A stretch of 64,000 nt of DNA, taken from NCBI GenBank assembly GCA_963663035.1, contig OY760074.1, forward strand, positions 1,696,001 through 1,760,000. Reading direction: 5' to 3'. Made by a program: the position numbers and the translations under genes. The notes beneath the pieces are model-generated. The model had not been told where the DNA came from. It saw only the letters and a program-made list of their open reading frames with translations, and did no database searches. This DNA comes from Acidobacteriota bacterium. GTDB lineage: Bacteria > Acidobacteriota > UBA6911 > RPQK01 > JADFOI01. Positions 18,988-27,951 of this stretch are shown one piece after another (position 1 is the stretch's first letter; every line of letters begins with the position of its first letter).

Positions 18988-19187
18988 AACGCGCATTTCT
19001 CACACCAGGTCGTCGCGAAGCGGCGAAAGTGCCGGAAAACAGAGCCGTGGGCTTTAGCCCACGGGCCCGCAGGCTAAAGCCTGCGGCTCCGACTGGCGCG
19101 CGAGGGGTACCCGCTTGCGGGTCGTGCAACGCAGTCAGGTCGGATCATTTCGCCGATGCAGTAGAGCGGGTGTGAGAGGTGCGCGTT
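18988..19187. mobile_element. MITE-like element with a nested REP doublet
   Basis: TIR AACGCGCATTTCTCACACC / GGTGTGAGAGGTGCGCGTT; near-identical inverted copy at 53651-53805 lacks the 19041-19090 insert. Confidence 0.8.
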
Positions 19188-20601
19188 ACCGGAGGAAGAG
19201 CAGAAGGTAGGCCAGGGCCAGGACGATTTGAAGCGCGGCGTAGGGCATGGCTCTTTTGACAAAACCGACAAAGGACAAGGGCAGCTGATATCGATGAATG
19301 ATAGTGACCGCAACGAGCGTGGATGCAGAGCCAATCGGTGTGATATTGCCACCCAGATTAGCGCCGAAGATGACCGCCCACCAGAGAGGGGAATCTCCCG
19401 AAGTTCCCAGACCGGAGAGGATCTTGGCCAGCATCGCCGAGAGTGGAATATTATCGGTCACGGAACTAAAGACAGCTGAAGCAACAAGCATCAGTCCTGG
19501 TCCCCAGGTGGAACCCAGCTCGATGATCGGGGTGATGCCTTCGCCGATGAGGGCCAAGACATGTGCGTGCTCCATGACATTGATCACAATAAACAGGCCC
19601 ATGAAGAACCCCAGCAAGTCCCAATCCAGGGCCTGATAAAACTCGTCGGCAACGGCTTTGTAGCGAATCAACATGATCAGACCAAAACCCATCGCCACGT
19701 ACCCCATTCCAAGCTCGCGAATATAGGGAAGCACAGAGGTAGTCGCAATCGTGGCAATGAAGAGTACTGTCATCACTGCCCCGAGCCAAAAGAAAAACCG
19801 ACTTTCAATGCCATCGTTCTCATCAAAGTCAGCCACCAGCCGAGCAGCTTCCCGCTCTTCATCCTCATCCGTAAAACCGTGGATAGCAAACAACCTGGCT
19901 CCCATCAGGAGGGTCACAATGGTGACCACCGCGACGAAGGGACTCGTGATCAGAAAAAACCTCACAAAGCTGATGCCTGCCGCGCTGCCCAAAATGATGT
20001 TTGGAACCGAACTGATGAGTGTGAGCAGGCCTCCCACATTGGTGAGCAGGCCTTCCACCAAGAGAAAGCCCAGTAATTTGTCTTTCCGATCCAGTTTCCT
20101 GAGAGAAACTCCGGTTAATGAGCCCACGATGATCATGGCGGTCACGTTGTTCAAGACGGCGGAAAAGACCACTGTCATGGTGCCGTAGTAGAGGAGAAGC
20201 TTCAGAGGATTTCCACCGGAGATTTTGGTCAACCTGATGGCAATCCAGGTGAAGAGCCCCGACTTGGAGATGACGTCCACAAACAGGCTGGCTCCCAGGA
20301 TGATGGCGATAACGTTCCAGTCAATGGCCTGGATGTACACCGGGAGTTCGATTTCCTGGCCAAAAACATTGGTTACATGACCCACTGGCAGCAGGCCAAA
20401 GGCATCCGCCGCAAGGAGACTCACGAGGGCAAAGCAGCCGGCGACAACCGATTTCTTGGCGTGAAGTGTTTCTTCTAAAGCCAGCGTGACAATCAGCGCC
20501 ACCAGGAGCAGGGAGAAAAGCAGAGTGACACCGAGAGGTACGGGGGGGACACCGTCTGCGGCCTGAAGGGTGACGAAAGCCGAAGTCAATAGAATTTGCA
20601 T
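19186..20601 (-). CDS. ArsB/NhaD/SLC13 (ion transporter superfamily) permease
   Basis: SAVLNNVT, NVGGLLTLISSVPN, SSVTDNIP, GANLGGNITPIGSAS. Confidence 0.88.
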   Translation of the reverse strand: MQILLTSAFVTLQAADGVPPVPLGVTLLFSLLLVALIVTLALEETLHAKKSVVAGCFALVSLLAADAFGLLPVGHVTNVFGQEIELPVYIQAIDWNVIAIILGASLFVDVISKSGLFTWIAIRLTKISGGNPLKLLLYYGTMTVVFSAVLNNVTAMIIVGSLTGVSLRKLDRKDKLLGFLLVEGLLTNVGGLLTLISSVPNIILGSAAGISFVRFFLITSPFVAVVTIVTLLMGARLFAIHGFTDEDEEREAARLVADFDENDGIESRFFFWLGAVMTVLFIATIATTSVLPYIRELGMGYVAMGFGLIMLIRYKAVADEFYQALDWDLLGFFMGLFIVINVMEHAHVLALIGEGITPIIELGSTWGPGLMLVASAVFSSVTDNIPLSAMLAKILSGLGTSGDSPLWWAVIFGANLGGNITPIGSASTLVAVTIIHRYQLPLSFVGFVKRAMPYAALQIVLALAYLLLFLR

Positions 20602-20623
20602 CGCATTTCAGACCAACATCTCA

Positions 20624-20710
20624 TTGTCAGTTGTCAGCGGTCAGCGGTCAGTTTTCTATTGTCAGTTGTCAGCTGTCGTTTGTCAGTTGTCAGTTGTCAG
20701 CTGTCAGTTG
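20624..20710. repeat. TGTCAG(T/C) heptamer array
   Basis: About 10 degenerate units; same family at 11796, 33823 and 52789 (inverted). Confidence 0.85.
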
Positions 20711-21568
20711 CTACAGCATCAGTATGGGTATCTGGCGCAACTCGATTGCCAGTGGGTATGCCTGTCCATGCATGGCAAGCTGGTCCTCATCTTTTGTGTT
20801 CAAGACCAGTAAATCCACCCGGTGGTCTTTGATGAACCCTTTGTAGTCGGTGATGTGATGACCAAGTGTCACGAGCTCTTCGACCTGCAGGGCCAGACCC
20901 TCCGACCGCAGCGTCTCACTGCAGGAACGGATATAGTCATGGGGTTCCCTGAGAAGCTGTCTGCGAAGCTCTTCCCTGGCATTGTCGGTGGCAATCGTGG
21001 GAATCTTGGAAATGACGTCGATGTAACGTCCAAAAACCGCTTCATCTTCAATATGGGTTAAGAGCAAGGTTCCACTGCCTTCAGTAAAGCGGGCCGCAAA
21101 GCTCACGAGGCGATGATCTCCTGTGAGATGATCGGTGATGGCCATGACCGAACGGGGCCCTTTCAGGATCTCCTCCAGGCGCTGCTCTCTAGGATGGGGA
21201 ACGACCAGCACAGGTGATGAGGTCACCTGTGTCAGGACATCAAGCGCCTCCCCCAGACTGTAGGGCCACCTCCAAGCTTGGCTGTGAAGGTGTCGGTAAG
21301 CACAAATGAGGTCGGGACGTTCGTCCTCCACGATATCAAGAAGTTCCCGGACCGTTTGGAACTCCTCTCCCTTGACCGTCCGCCAGCTCACTGATCCATC
21401 CCCATCCAGCACGGCCAGGAAATTCCGAAGGTGGCCACTGAACTGCTCGGCCTGACCCTCATCCAGATCTGTCACCAGGAGCACTTTGCGAATCTCGATC
21501 GGCTCGTAGACATAGGATGTTTTGGTGGCAGCCTTAAAGACGCTTTCAAACTGGTCAACCTTTGTCAC
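20711..21568 (-). CDS. Tandem universal-stress-protein-like protein, co-oriented with the transporter
   Basis: KVLLVTDL...PVLVVP and VDLLVL...IPILML USP-like repeats. Confidence 0.6.
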   Translation of the reverse strand: MTKVDQFESVFKAATKTSYVYEPIEIRKVLLVTDLDEGQAEQFSGHLRNFLAVLDGDGSVSWRTVKGEEFQTVRELLDIVEDERPDLICAYRHLHSQAWRWPYSLGEALDVLTQVTSSPVLVVPHPREQRLEEILKGPRSVMAITDHLTGDHRLVSFAARFTEGSGTLLLTHIEDEAVFGRYIDVISKIPTIATDNAREELRRQLLREPHDYIRSCSETLRSEGLALQVEELVTLGHHITDYKGFIKDHRVDLLVLNTKDEDQLAMHGQAYPLAIELRQIPILML

Positions 21569-21624
21569 AGCACCCCTTTAGCCGGGGAAAATAGTCGGCT
21601 GAATATCAAGCTGTTTTAGTCTTG

Positions 21625-22779
21625 TCAGTTATCAGGAGTGGATTTATTGAGTTTTTCCTTGAGATCTAAAATCCGAAGGTAGGACTGTTGGATGCGCTCT
21701 CTGGAGATCGCCTCGCTCTCAACAAGCTGACGCAGAATGTTGGATGCCTTGTGAGCGACCTGGGAATCGAAGCTGGAATTATTCCCAAAAAGCAGGATGT
21801 CCACACCCGCCTTGACTGCCAGCTCAATCCCTTTCTCGAGACTATAGTTCTGGACAATCGCACCCATTTGCATGTCGTCGGAGACCACCACCCCCTGAAA
21901 GCCCAGCTGTTGACGCAGCATACCGGTGACCACCGCAGCAGAGAGCGTAGCCGGATAGGTCTTGTCCCAGTGAGCATTGTACAGATGCGCGATCATGACC
22001 ATATCGGGAAGCTGCTCGTCGATCAGGCTGCTGTAGGGCTGAAGCTCAACATCAGACCACAGGTCTGTCACATCGGGCAGACCCAGATGGCTGTCGTCTT
22101 TACTGGCCCCGTGGCCGGGAAAATGCTTCACTGCACACAGCACACCGGCTCGGTGGCATTCTTCAATAGTCCAGCGGGCATGACGCTGCACCAGCTCGGG
22201 ATCGGCACCGTAACTGCGTTCAAGTTTGGCAATAACAGGGTTGTCTGGGTTCACGGCAAGATCCAGCACTGGAGCGAAATTCAGGTTGATGCCCAGACTG
22301 GCAAGCAATTCTGCCACCTGCCTGGCAGTGGATCGGGTCACTTCTGTCTGATCCAAGCTGCCAAGTTCGGCCTGTGAGGGGGTGAGGGGAAAGCCATGCC
22401 TTTCCTTCAAGCGGGCGACTTTACCTCCCTCCTGGTCAATCGAAATAAAGAGCGGAATGCTGGCACTGGCTTGAAGCTGGGCAGTCAATTTTGTGATCTG
22501 CTCAGAGGAAACAATATTTCTCACCGGAGTTTGAGAAGGGACATCATAGTCGAACAGGACGACCCCACCCAGATGAAGATCTCTCACGGTCTGGAGAAAG
22601 GGATCATTCTCGTCTAAATCCGTCCCCCGGAATCCCACCATCAACATCTGTCCGATCCAGACATCGAGGCGCTCCTCCTCCCTTTCGGAACTGAAGCAGC
22701 CCAAGAGGGATGACCCCATGATCAACCCCACTGCCAGAGGGAGGAGCCATGGCATTGTAAGACCTGTAGTGCCTGTCAT
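21625..22779 (-). CDS. nagZ: GH3 beta-N-acetylhexosaminidase (NagZ-like lipoprotein)
   Basis: IDQEGG, NFAPV, KHFPGHG...DSH, SDDMQMGA; lipobox LLGC. Confidence 0.85.
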   Translation of the reverse strand: MTGTTGLTMPWLLPLAVGLIMGSSLLGCFSSEREEERLDVWIGQMLMVGFRGTDLDENDPFLQTVRDLHLGGVVLFDYDVPSQTPVRNIVSSEQITKLTAQLQASASIPLFISIDQEGGKVARLKERHGFPLTPSQAELGSLDQTEVTRSTARQVAELLASLGINLNFAPVLDLAVNPDNPVIAKLERSYGADPELVQRHARWTIEECHRAGVLCAVKHFPGHGASKDDSHLGLPDVTDLWSDVELQPYSSLIDEQLPDMVMIAHLYNAHWDKTYPATLSAAVVTGMLRQQLGFQGVVVSDDMQMGAIVQNYSLEKGIELAVKAGVDILLFGNNSSFDSQVAHKASNILRQLVESEAISRERIQQSYLRILDLKEKLNKSTPDN

Positions 22780-22800
22780 GAATTCCAGGAATAGCCGGCA

Positions 22801-22845
22801 GATGATTTCGTCGCTGCAGTAAATAACTTATGCATAGTCTGGGCC
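22801..22845. repeat. Right-end remnant of the 42897-43107 MITE family
   Basis: GATGATT.CG.C.CTGCAG...TTATGCATAGTCTGGGC matches 43063-43106. Confidence 0.6.
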
Positions 22846-22927
22846 CAGCTTACCACCATCTCAAGCCTATGGTCACAAGAATGGTTGATAATAGTAGATT
22901 ACAGCGCTCTGCCAAGAGGGAACGGAG

Positions 22928-23989
22928 ATCAGCATCAGTCGAAAGCATACTCTCAAACTCGGCCTCGGACTCCTCATTACGATGCTCTGTCTGATTTTCG
23001 CTCTATGGGGAATCGAAGTGGAACAAGTCAAGCAAGGCTTTCTGCGGGCCAACTACGCCACCCTGCCCATCCTCCTGGGCCTCCTCTTCTTCTTCTTTTG
23101 GTTAAAAGCCATCCGCTGGCGACTTCTTCTTCAACCCCTGAGGGCCTTCCGGACAAAAGAGGTGGTTCCATCCTTAATGATTGGGTTTATGGGCAACAAC
23201 CTGCTTCCGGCACACCTGGGTGAGCTCATCCGAGTCTTCGTTCTGGCTCGAGAATTTTCTCTGGCAAAAGCTGCCGTCTTCTCAAGCGTAGTCCTTGAGA
23301 GGCTCCTTGACACAGCCGTCATCCTCATCTTTCTGGTCATGAGCTTCATGCTGACGGAGGCGCTGCCGCCCTGGATTGAGGCGGGAACCCTCTTATTGGC
23401 AGTCCTTGCCTCATCCACCATCTTGCTCTTGGCCGCCTCCGTGTTGTGGACCCAACCGTTCATCCGAGCGGCCCAACGAGTCTTCTCTCGCCTTCCCGCA
23501 GACCTCTGCACAAAGCTTACCGATATCATGGTTGCAGGGATCCTTGGCCTTACCTCCCTGCGAAGAGCAAAACTCGCCTTCTGGGTTGTCCTGACCTCAA
23601 TCCTACAGTGGCTGCTGATGGCAGGGATGGTTTACGTCGCCCTGTGGAGCTTTGGACTCCACCTTCCACTCTTGGCTTCGTTTCTGATTGTTGGAGTGAC
23701 TGCGCTTGGGGTAACGATTCCTTCCGTACCCGGCTTCTTCGGAATCGTCCAGCTGTGTTTCTGGGTGAGCCTGCAACCCTTCGGGGTGGAGAAAGCGGAT
23801 GCTTTTGCTACCTCCATATTCTTCCACCTGAGTCAGTATGTACCGGTCACCCTACTGGGTCTCTACTATCTCAACCGCCGAGGGTGGCAACTGAAGCAGA
23901 TCGACAAAGAGGCGGCTGAAGAGAAGGGGCAGGTTTTGACAGACTCGGGAGACAGAGGATCAGTAAAGGGGTCCGCATCTACGAAGTAG
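22928..23989 (+). CDS. Lysylphosphatidylglycerol-synthase TM / flippase-like membrane protein
   Basis: RWRLLL, NNLLPAHLGELIR, SVVLERLLD, PSVPG; frame open upstream of ATG 22982 with a hydrophobic segment. Confidence 0.8.
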   Translation: MSISRKHTLKLGLGLLITMLCLIFALWGIEVEQVKQGFLRANYATLPILLGLLFFFFWLKAIRWRLLLQPLRAFRTKEVVPSLMIGFMGNNLLPAHLGELIRVFVLAREFSLAKAAVFSSVVLERLLDTAVILIFLVMSFMLTEALPPWIEAGTLLLAVLASSTILLLAASVLWTQPFIRAAQRVFSRLPADLCTKLTDIMVAGILGLTSLRRAKLAFWVVLTSILQWLLMAGMVYVALWSFGLHLPLLASFLIVGVTALGVTIPSVPGFFGIVQLCFWVSLQPFGVEKADAFATSIFFHLSQYVPVTLLGLYYLNRRGWQLKQIDKEAAEEKGQVLTDSGDRGSVKGSASTK

Positions 23990-23990
23990 C

Positions 23991-24273
23991 TGAGTACTCC
24001 CTTTCATAAATACGGTAACGTTTGCGGATGGGGCTTGCGAGGCGAGGTCGCGAAGGGAGGAGGAGGCGATGTCAGGGACATCGACGACGACGAGTGACAA
24101 AGAGATCGCCCGCAACCCCCATCCGCCCGAAGGGTTGGGGCGGGACGGGCCCATCTCTTTGTTGCTCCTCCTCGCCGATGTCTCGACATCGACTCGTCGT
24201 CGCGCCTCGATCTGGGCTCCGTCGCACCCCCAACAAACGTTATCGTATTTATGAAAGTGAGTACTTGAGTACT
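23991..24273. mobile_element. About 275-bp MITE-like palindromic element
   Basis: 32-bp TIRs at 23993-24024 and 24234-24265; internal inverted repeats; TGAGTACT repeated at the ends. Confidence 0.8.
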
Positions 24274-25535
24274 TACTGTGCGAGGAGATCGGTCACCTTG
24301 GTCACCCCATGTTCTTTGAGTGATTGATCCCAACGCTGAATCAGATAGTATTTCTCTTCTTCGAAGACGCGGTTGATATTCTCCAAATAAAGTTCAACTT
24401 CTTCTCTATCCATGTTCTGCGCTTTATTAACAAAGGAGAGCGTTCTGGAATAGTAAAAGGGCATCAACGCGTTCAGAACTTCGTTCCTGTCAAAAACCTG
24501 GCTCCGGTAGGCCACGGCAAAATCGAATAGAATGTGTGCCCACACATCACTGGAATAATAAAACTGCTGGCAGGTTCGTTTTTTCAGCCTCTCCACTTCC
24601 CTCCAGTTTTGTGGGGACAGCACTTTCCTCCACAAATCCTTATACTGCTTGGCTCCGGACAGGAATGAGTCATACAAGCGGTCACGAGAGACATGCACTT
24701 CTGGTGGCTGACTCCTGCCTCCCAGCCCGAATCCGTATACAGTACTCGGTCGCGATTCAAAGGTGTCCTTCCACAGGAATTCAAAGTCAATCATGAGTTG
24801 GAAAATTGTTCCCACCACCTGAAAGAACATCGATCCCAGGTCGGTGGCCGGGTCCTTCGTTCGATGGATCTTCGGCGAGCCCATGAATGTCTGGCACACA
24901 TTGAAGTGCCTCCCAATGGCGATGGTGGTCATCCAAATGTCGATCCCGAAGTTTGCCACTTCCTCGCTCCAGGTCTTCTCCACGAGGAAAGAGCGGGCCA
25001 GCTTGCCGGAGATCCCGAAATCCCCGCCGATGGGCTGACGAACACGAAGCCCGTAGAGGGTTCGCAGGAGTGGATAGGCAATGTTCTTTGTAATCGTGCC
25101 GTCGAATTTATCTCTGGAATAAATCGGCACAACGTAGTCATACCCGTCAAAGAGCGGCTCAGCCAGATGTTGAATCCAGCTGGGTGTCATGCTCTGAAGA
25201 TCGGCATCAATAGTCAGAATGACCTTGGCCTTGAATTCAGCGGCTAATTCAAACAGATTACGAATATTATTCCCTTTGCCTGCGACCCCTTCAGCGGTGG
25301 AAACATAGATTTTCGGCACCTTCGTTGAAGTGTTTAAGAACGCCTCCCTGGTCCCGTCCGATGAGTGATTATCAACGTTAACGATGACTGAAGACCTGTC
25401 TGAAAAGTGTTTCAGAAGACCTTGGCTGGCTATATCAGTAGGAACGGCTATGGAATCGGCTTCATTGTAGGAGGGAATTCCAACCACAATTTCAGCGCTG
25501 ACAACATTGTCCGGATTTTCTATTTCAGCAATCAT
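24273..25535 (-). CDS. Glycosyltransferase, glucosylglycerate/mannosylglycerate synthase-like
   Basis: GIPSYNEAD, DADL, RDKFDGTIT, RQPIGGDFG, FGIDIWMTT. Confidence 0.75.
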   Translation of the reverse strand: MIAEIENPDNVVSAEIVVGIPSYNEADSIAVPTDIASQGLLKHFSDRSSVIVNVDNHSSDGTREAFLNTSTKVPKIYVSTAEGVAGKGNNIRNLFELAAEFKAKVILTIDADLQSMTPSWIQHLAEPLFDGYDYVVPIYSRDKFDGTITKNIAYPLLRTLYGLRVRQPIGGDFGISGKLARSFLVEKTWSEEVANFGIDIWMTTIAIGRHFNVCQTFMGSPKIHRTKDPATDLGSMFFQVVGTIFQLMIDFEFLWKDTFESRPSTVYGFGLGGRSQPPEVHVSRDRLYDSFLSGAKQYKDLWRKVLSPQNWREVERLKKRTCQQFYYSSDVWAHILFDFAVAYRSQVFDRNEVLNALMPFYYSRTLSFVNKAQNMDREEVELYLENINRVFEEEKYYLIQRWDQSLKEHGVTKVTDLLAQ

Positions 25536-25620
25536 CTCCGCTCCATCAATTCCCCACTACCGGGGCGAGAGCCTTTGAAGAATCCCGCCTAGATTCAGTG
25601 TAACGCAAACATATGTCCTA

Positions 25621-25660
25621 ACTTCAACTAGCTTCGACTAGCTTCGACTAGCTTCGACCA
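25621..25660. repeat. Four copies of a 10-bp tandem repeat (GCTTCGACTA)
   Basis: acttcaacta gcttcgacta gcttcgacta gcttcgacca. Confidence 0.9.
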
Positions 25661-25705
25661 TTGTGAGGGGATTTTTGACCGCAATTCCCAGAGAGTGGGC
25701 AGGCC

Positions 25706-26251
25706 CTAGCCAGACTTCTTCATGAGTTCAGCCAGGTTCAGCTGAATCGATTGATTGGAGTGCATGAGTTCGGCAAGAATCTCGTCACGAGATTGAGTCG
25801 TCACGCGACTTTTCTTGCGGTCATCTTCCAGAAAGAGCCACAGGTCCTTTCGGATCGGCTCGGGAAGAATGCTCTCCAGATACTCCAGGGCAGTGCCTTT
25901 GAGATTTCTGTTATCGGTATGCAAGCCGCGAAAGGCAATCGTCAGCGGCTCTCTGGGCAGAACCAGTGAAAGGAGGGTGAACACATGCTCCAGGCTGCGG
26001 CTGGACCGGTCATGAAGGAACTCATCGACAAGGAGCGAGCTCTCCTCATCCTCCTCCAGCTGATCGAGCAGTCGGTGGCTCTCCCACACTCTCCTGCCCA
26101 CCGCCACTTCACGAAGCACTGCCGAAAAGACCAATTCCCTCTCGAGATGAATCTCTGCGTTCTTGTCCAGGATGTGTGCCAGGGCTCGCCCACACTGGAA
26201 GCGCACCTCAAAACGCGTGTCCTGGAGAGCGATCCAGAGCCCCTCGACAGC
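25706..26251 (-). pseudogene. C-terminal fragment of a HEAT-repeat protein (like tails of Npt1/Npt2-type transporter fusions), 5' end lost at the IS
   Basis: ALQDTRFEVRFQCGRAL, LEHVFTLLSLVLP, KGTALEYLE; the ORF's N-terminus is IS sequence. Confidence 0.7.
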
Positions 26252-27518
26252 TGACCTGCCCCCACGAACGAGTCCACCCTCTATGCTAGACCCGGGACCA
26301 TTTGAAGTCCACTCCAAGGGATTGGATCCAGTGCCTGCGACCTAGGTAGTTTGGCCTCTGGCGCCGGCGGCCGATAGGCCAAGGCGCTGTGAGGCCGGAT
26401 CTGATTGTAATCCCTCCGCCAGCGTTCTACCAACACCTTGGCTTCCCCCAGCGTGTCGAAGATCTCCATGTTCAGCAGCTCATCCCGTAGTTTCCCGTTG
26501 AAACTCTCAATGTACCCATTCTCCCAGGGGCTGCCCGGCTCGATGTACAAGGTCCTTACCCCAACAGCCTGCAGCCAGTCCCGGACCGCCTGTGCCGTAA
26601 ACTCCGATCCGTTATCGGACCGGATAAACTCAGGCACTCCCCGATCAACGAATAACTCCGCCAGCCGGTCCAACACGTCTTGGCGATTCATCTGCCGTTT
26701 CACATCAATGGCGAGGCACTCTCTGGTGTACTCATCCAGGATCGTCAATAGCCGAAAGGCTCGCCCATCATGGGTCCGTTCATGCACGAAATCATAGCTC
26801 CAGACGTGGTTCTTGCGAGCCGCTCGTAACCGAACACAGGAACCGTCATTAAGCCACAGCCTCCTTCGTTTCGGCTGTCTGGACGGGACTTTCAGCCCTT
26901 CTTGTCTCCACAGCCTCTCCACCCGCTTAGGATTCACCTTCCACCCTTCCCCATGAAGTATCGCCGTGACCCGCCGGTAGCCATAACGCCCGTATTGCGT
27001 AGCCAACTCCACCATCCGGGCCACCAATCGGGCCTCATCATCGGGAATTTGCCTTTCCCTTCGCTGGGTCGATCGAACCTGTCCCAGCACTTGGCAGGCC
27101 CGACGTTCGGAGACTCGCTCTGCTCCTAATCGCTCTCGTACCCACATCACCGCTCGTCTCCTGTTCGCCGGGCCTAGAAGTTTCCCGAGGACACTTCCTT
27201 CAGGATCTGCTTGTCCAAAGACAGATCCGCCACCAGCTTCTTCAACCGGGTATTCTCCTTCTCCAACACCTTCAACCTCTTGGCCTGGTCCAACCGGAGC
27301 CCTCCGTACTCTTTGCGCCACCGGTAGTAGGTCTGCTCGCTCACCCCCATCTGCTTCGACACCTGTCCCACCCTCTGTCCTTGGGCCAGACCCACCTCTG
27401 CCTCACGCAGCTTCATGATGATCTGTTCTGCCCTAAACCGCTTCCCTGCCATCCTTGCCTCCTTCCTAAACCGGAAATCCTAACATTCAAACTGGACTCG
27501 TTTTAGGGGGCAAGGTCA
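26252..27518 (-). mobile_element. IS3-family insertion sequence (IS407-like), 1267 bp, copy 1
   Basis: TG..CA ends with imperfect TIRs; orfA 27174-27452; orfB DDE motifs WSYDF, SDNGSEF, ESFNG. Confidence 0.96.
26281..27452 (-). CDS. IS3 transposase OrfA/OrfB (-1 programmed frameshift)
   Basis: G GGA AAC slippery heptamer at the end of orfA. Confidence 0.9.
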
Positions 27519-27582
27519 CCATGACCACCATCAACTCGAGTAGCGTGAAGGCTTTCTCGTCACTGATTCGGCGACGGCCCAA
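27519..27582 (-). pseudogene. N-terminus of a prepilin/type II secretion pseudopilin truncated by the IS
   Basis: GGAGG SD + TTG; MGRRRISDEKAFTLLELMVVM then IS (type IV N-methylation motif). Confidence 0.75.
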
Positions 27583-27844
27583 AAAATGGCCCTCCGACCC
27601 GAGAACTGCATTTAGTTTAGAAGATAGAATCAGCACACACTCACCCGAAAAAACAGCTCAGAGATGACCCGAAACAGACAGCTACGCAACCGCATACAGG
27701 CAAGGACTGTGCCACTCGTCCGGTCCCTTCTCAGAAGATGTGAATCATGTACTTTAACTACCTATTTATCAATCAGTTATGGCTATTGGCAGGCCGGCAT
27801 ACAGAGGATTTCGGCGGGTGGGAATTTCGGTTCCTTCCCCCCAG

Positions 27845-27862
27845 TGTCCACCTGGGTTGACA
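27845..27862. promoter_or_regulatory. Operator-like palindrome TGTCCAC-CTGG-GTTGACA
   Basis: One mismatch to the 4339-4356 site; about 90 nt upstream of the SLC13 gene. Confidence 0.5.
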
Positions 27863-27951
27863 CTGAATGCTTTCTTGGAAAGATAAGTTTAATCAGATCA
27901 AGCAGTTATATAGTTCCAACGAGAAGCAGAAAGGATGTAAACTAGGGAACC

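Noticed and set aside
23960-24333. Short ORFs over the MITEs (also 18942-19175, 42858-43146)
   Set aside because: They arise from GC-rich palindromic elements and show no protein-like features
25621-25660. CRISPR or iteron array
   Set aside because: Contiguous 10-mers with no spacers and no rep gene
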